From assembly GCA_963819815.1 (NCBI GenBank), contig CAWFXL010000001.1, positions 512,001-576,000 of the forward strand: DNA of 64,000 nucleotides. Reading direction: 5' to 3'. Positions 61,271-64,000 of the stretch are shown here, one piece after another. This DNA comes from an uncultured bacterium (GTDB lineage: Bacteria > Babelota > Babeliae > Babelales > Babelaceae). Position numbers and translations under genes: made by a program. The notes under the pieces were generated by a model. The model was given only the letters and a program-made list of their open reading frames with translations, was not told the DNA's origin and did not search any database. Numbering within the stretch: position 1 is the first letter of the stretch; every line of letters starts with the position of its first letter.

Positions 61271-62035
61271 ATGAAGCATTCATATGTCTTTCTAGTTGCC
61301 AGTACCTTGAGTATACCTCTGTATTCCGTTGAGCAATCTCATACCACACCAAGCAAGGCATCTGAAGAGATTCCTTGTACTGAAGACCTCATGCGAGAGC
61401 ATGGGATTCTCAACCGCGTACTATTAATCTACGAAGAGTTGATCAATCAGATCGAAACGAATCGGCCCTTTGATAACAAAACTGCTCAGGAAGCACTACA
61501 GATCATCTACTCCTTTATTGAAAGTTATCATGAAAAGCTTGAAGAGGACTATATCTTCCCACTCTTTGAAAAAGCCAAAGTAGAGGTTGAGCTAGTGACA
61601 ACACTGAGAGCCCAGCATACAGCCGGTAGAAAGATTACTCAGAAATTACAGGAGCTTTGTTCTTCAAAAAAAATCACTGCCCAAGATCGTACTCAGATTA
61701 AAACGCTCATGCACGAATTCGTTACTATGTATCGACCTCATGAAGCACGTGAAGATACCGTTCTTTTTCCTAAAGTACGTTCACTTCTATCTCAAAAAGA
61801 ATTCGAAAAATTGAGCGACTACTTTGAAGAAAGTGAGAAGAAATTATTTGGTAAAGATGGATTTACCTCAATCCTACGGCAGGTTGAGATGCTTGAAAAA
61901 AAGCTGGGCATCTATAAACTCAGCCAATTCACTCCTCGGAGTCCCCTAGTTTCCCCGCCAGTTACTCATAAGGAAACTTCCCCACACCTTGAAAGAAACA
62001 GCTCCAAAAAACGTATCTCACGAGTAGTTCCATGA
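61271..62035 (+). CDS. Hemerythrin/HHE-domain protein with signal peptide
   Basis: LMREHG, YHEKLEE..FP, QH, HEARED..FP. Confidence 0.88.
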   Translation: MKHSYVFLVASTLSIPLYSVEQSHTTPSKASEEIPCTEDLMREHGILNRVLLIYEELINQIETNRPFDNKTAQEALQIIYSFIESYHEKLEEDYIFPLFEKAKVEVELVTTLRAQHTAGRKITQKLQELCSSKKITAQDRTQIKTLMHEFVTMYRPHEAREDTVLFPKVRSLLSQKEFEKLSDYFEESEKKLFGKDGFTSILRQVEMLEKKLGIYKLSQFTPRSPLVSPPVTHKETSPHLERNSSKKRISRVVP

Positions 62036-63087
62036 TAGAAACTAAAGGCTATGCTGCCTTATCGGCAACCTCACCGCTTGAACCATGGTCTTTTGAACGC
62101 CGGGATGTCGGTGAGCATGATATTGAGCTAGAAATACTCTACTGCGGTGTCTGCCATAGCGATATACATTTTGCTCGAAATGAATGGCTCCAAACGGTAT
62201 ATCCGGTTGTTCCCGGACATGAGATCGTTGGCCGTGTTACCATGGTAGGAAGCAAGGTTAGCTCATTTAAAATTGGCGATCCCGCAGCTGTAGGAACAAT
62301 CGTTGATTGCTGTGGTACCTGCCGGGAATGCAAAAATAACCTTGAGCAATATTGTGAAAAAGGCTTTACCATGACGTTCAATAGCTTTGATAAGTATACC
62401 CAAGGAGTCACCTACGGTGGCTATTCAAAACTTATAATGGTGAATGAAAAGTATGTTCTTAAAATCCCTCAGGAGTTCAAACAAGAGGATCTTGCAGCGG
62501 TTGCACCACTACTGTGTGCGGGCATTACCACCTATTCTCCTTTAAAATTTTGGGAAATAGGTAAAGGACATACCGTAGGTATCATAGGCATTGGTGGATT
62601 AGGGCATATTGCCGTAAAACTCGCGCGTGCTCTCGGTGCTCATGTTGTTGCTATCACCACGAGTCCAGATAAACAAACTGATGCTCTAAGGTTAGGTGCT
62701 CATGAAGCAGTACTTTCCACTGATAATGCTGCCATGCAAAAGCATCATAACAGTTTAGATTTTATTGTTAATACGATTCCCTTCTCCCATGATCTGAGTA
62801 CTTATCTTGCCCTTCTTAGACTCAATGGGAAAATGTGCCTCGTTGGAATCCCCAATCAGCCTCATGAACCGTTGTATGCAAATGCTCTCATCGAAAAAAG
62901 AAAATCATTGGCAGGTTCTTTAATTGGCAGTATCAAAGAGACACAAGAGCTGCTCGATTTTTGTGGGAAGAATCAAATTACCGCAGACATTGAGATGATT
63001 CCCATTCAACAGATTAATGAGGCGTTTAATAAAGTTGTAGATAAGGAAGTGCGCTATCGGTATGTTATCGATCTTGCATCCTGCTAA
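62032..63087 (+). CDS. Zn/NAD(P)-dependent alcohol dehydrogenase (cinnamyl ADH/YahK-like)
   Basis: CGVCHSD, GHE, CxxCxxC, LLCAG, GIGGLG. Confidence 0.95.
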   Translation: MIETKGYAALSATSPLEPWSFERRDVGEHDIELEILYCGVCHSDIHFARNEWLQTVYPVVPGHEIVGRVTMVGSKVSSFKIGDPAAVGTIVDCCGTCRECKNNLEQYCEKGFTMTFNSFDKYTQGVTYGGYSKLIMVNEKYVLKIPQEFKQEDLAAVAPLLCAGITTYSPLKFWEIGKGHTVGIIGIGGLGHIAVKLARALGAHVVAITTSPDKQTDALRLGAHEAVLSTDNAAMQKHHNSLDFIVNTIPFSHDLSTYLALLRLNGKMCLVGIPNQPHEPLYANALIEKRKSLAGSLIGSIKETQELLDFCGKNQITADIEMIPIQQINEAFNKVVDKEVRYRYVIDLASC

Positions 63088-63231
63088 ATATGCATAGACC
63101 AGTACTGAAGCTAAGCACTATCATATCAACCCACTACAAGCCATCCAGGTATGCTCAGTACCTAAGCGTGTACATTCTCAACTTTCTGCACTTTGTAAAC
63201 CTTGCTATACTACCTCCAGCGGAGGAACATT

Positions 63232-64000
63232 TTGAAGAAACAGCTACTCATCATCCCCCTGTTATGTCTCCCATCACTGCATGGAACGAGCCTTGTCTAC
63301 AATCTAAAGATTCGTAGAACATTCGCTGGGATTGGCTCATTTATCAAGCATGGAGACAAAGCGGCTGTAGTATTCTCTGGATTACCTATTATCTATCACC
63401 GAACTGCCCACGTTATAAACCCAGATTTTTTGACCGATGTACACACCAAACGCCTAGGCGGTGGCGCCATCCTTAATCTACGATACATACCCTCAAAATG
63501 TTGGTGGGCAGAAATAACCACCGCAGTAGAAAAAGAATCACTCTCCTCAAAAGGAACTGCTACATTCAGCACTTCGCGCACCGGTTTTGATGATGTAGTC
63601 CTCGCTGCAGGACGCAACTTCTTCATCGGTGAGGAAGCCCAATACACCATGTATGGGCTAGCAGGCTTTCCCACGAAATGGAGTATTTCTCGTTTTGATG
63701 CCCTAGATGGGCTCGTAGGAACCCGCTTTTATTCTGTTGGAGGGGGTGCAGAATTGTCCTATCGTTTTTTGCATACTGAGCACAGCTCCGTAGCGGGAGT
63801 TATACAGCTGCGTGCGATTCACTTCTTTGATCGCTCATGGGAAGCTATTTTTGGACCAGGAGGCAGAATACAACCCGGGCAGCTTATTGATCTTCTCTTC
63901 AGCGCACGATACCTTCGCCGGCTGACCTCCGTGGAAACAGGCTATAACCCTACCTTCTTTGTCGATCAAGCGGCTCTCCTTCCTACACAAACTATCCAGA
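63232..64000 (+). CDS. Exported, probably beta-rich protein (partial; not in ORF track)
   Basis: GGAGGA RBS then TTG: MKKQLLIIPLLCLPSLHG-TSLVYNLKIRRTF..WWAEITTAVE..GFDDVVLAAG; appears open to window end. Confidence 0.7.
   Translation, partial: MKKQLLIIPLLCLPSLHGTSLVYNLKIRRTFAGIGSFIKHGDKAAVVFSGLPIIYHRTAHVINPDFLTDVHTKRLGGGAILNLRYIPSKCWWAEITTAVEKESLSSKGTATFSTSRTGFDDVVLAAGRNFFIGEEAQYTMYGLAGFPTKWSISRFDALDGLVGTRFYSVGGGAELSYRFLHTEHSSVAGVIQLRAIHFFDRSWEAIFGPGGRIQPGQLIDLLFSARYLRRLTSVETGYNPTFFVDQAALLPTQTIQ

Noticed and set aside
63090..63674. ORFs 63090..63317 (+) and 63396..63674 (-)
   Set aside because: Shadow frames of the gene starting at 63232
1..64000. CRISPR arrays, rRNA/tRNA genes, prophage structural genes, and the many short antisense ORFs in the track
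   Set aside because: No repeat-spacer array, RNA gene or phage hallmark seen; the short ORFs lie within better-supported genes

Overview
Accessory-rich bacterial region, most consistent with an intracellular parasite of protists such as Ca. Dependentiae/Babeliae (TM6). This assignment is an inference from the many orphan signal-peptide proteins and ankyrin/WD40/SEL1 proteins. About half of the ~55 genes encode predicted exported proteins, many with eukaryote-like modules: ankyrin+MYND+RING-H2, ankyrin+SEL1, WD40, a PPP phosphatase, an ACY1-like M20 peptidase, duplicated AAMDC/Mth938-like proteins, a CaaX-ended coiled-coil protein, a tandem methyltransferase and a paralogous pair with a possible GNAT-like core. 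These sit among toxin-antitoxin modules (MNT-HEPN, HipBA, and an orphaned antitoxin with a deleted toxin), stress/repair genes (Ogt, VKOR, stand-alone LigD polymerase, YbaK, MerR) and many relics not in the ORF track (TnpB 3' end with IS200/IS605 right end, MYND fragment, DUF4143-ATPase fragments). The best candidates for an undescribed system are the co-oriented 38-43 kb cluster of exported coiled-coil proteins ending in a CaaX protein, and a window-wide export signature in which mature proteins begin with Met or Ser. No rRNA, intact tRNA or CRISPR array was seen.
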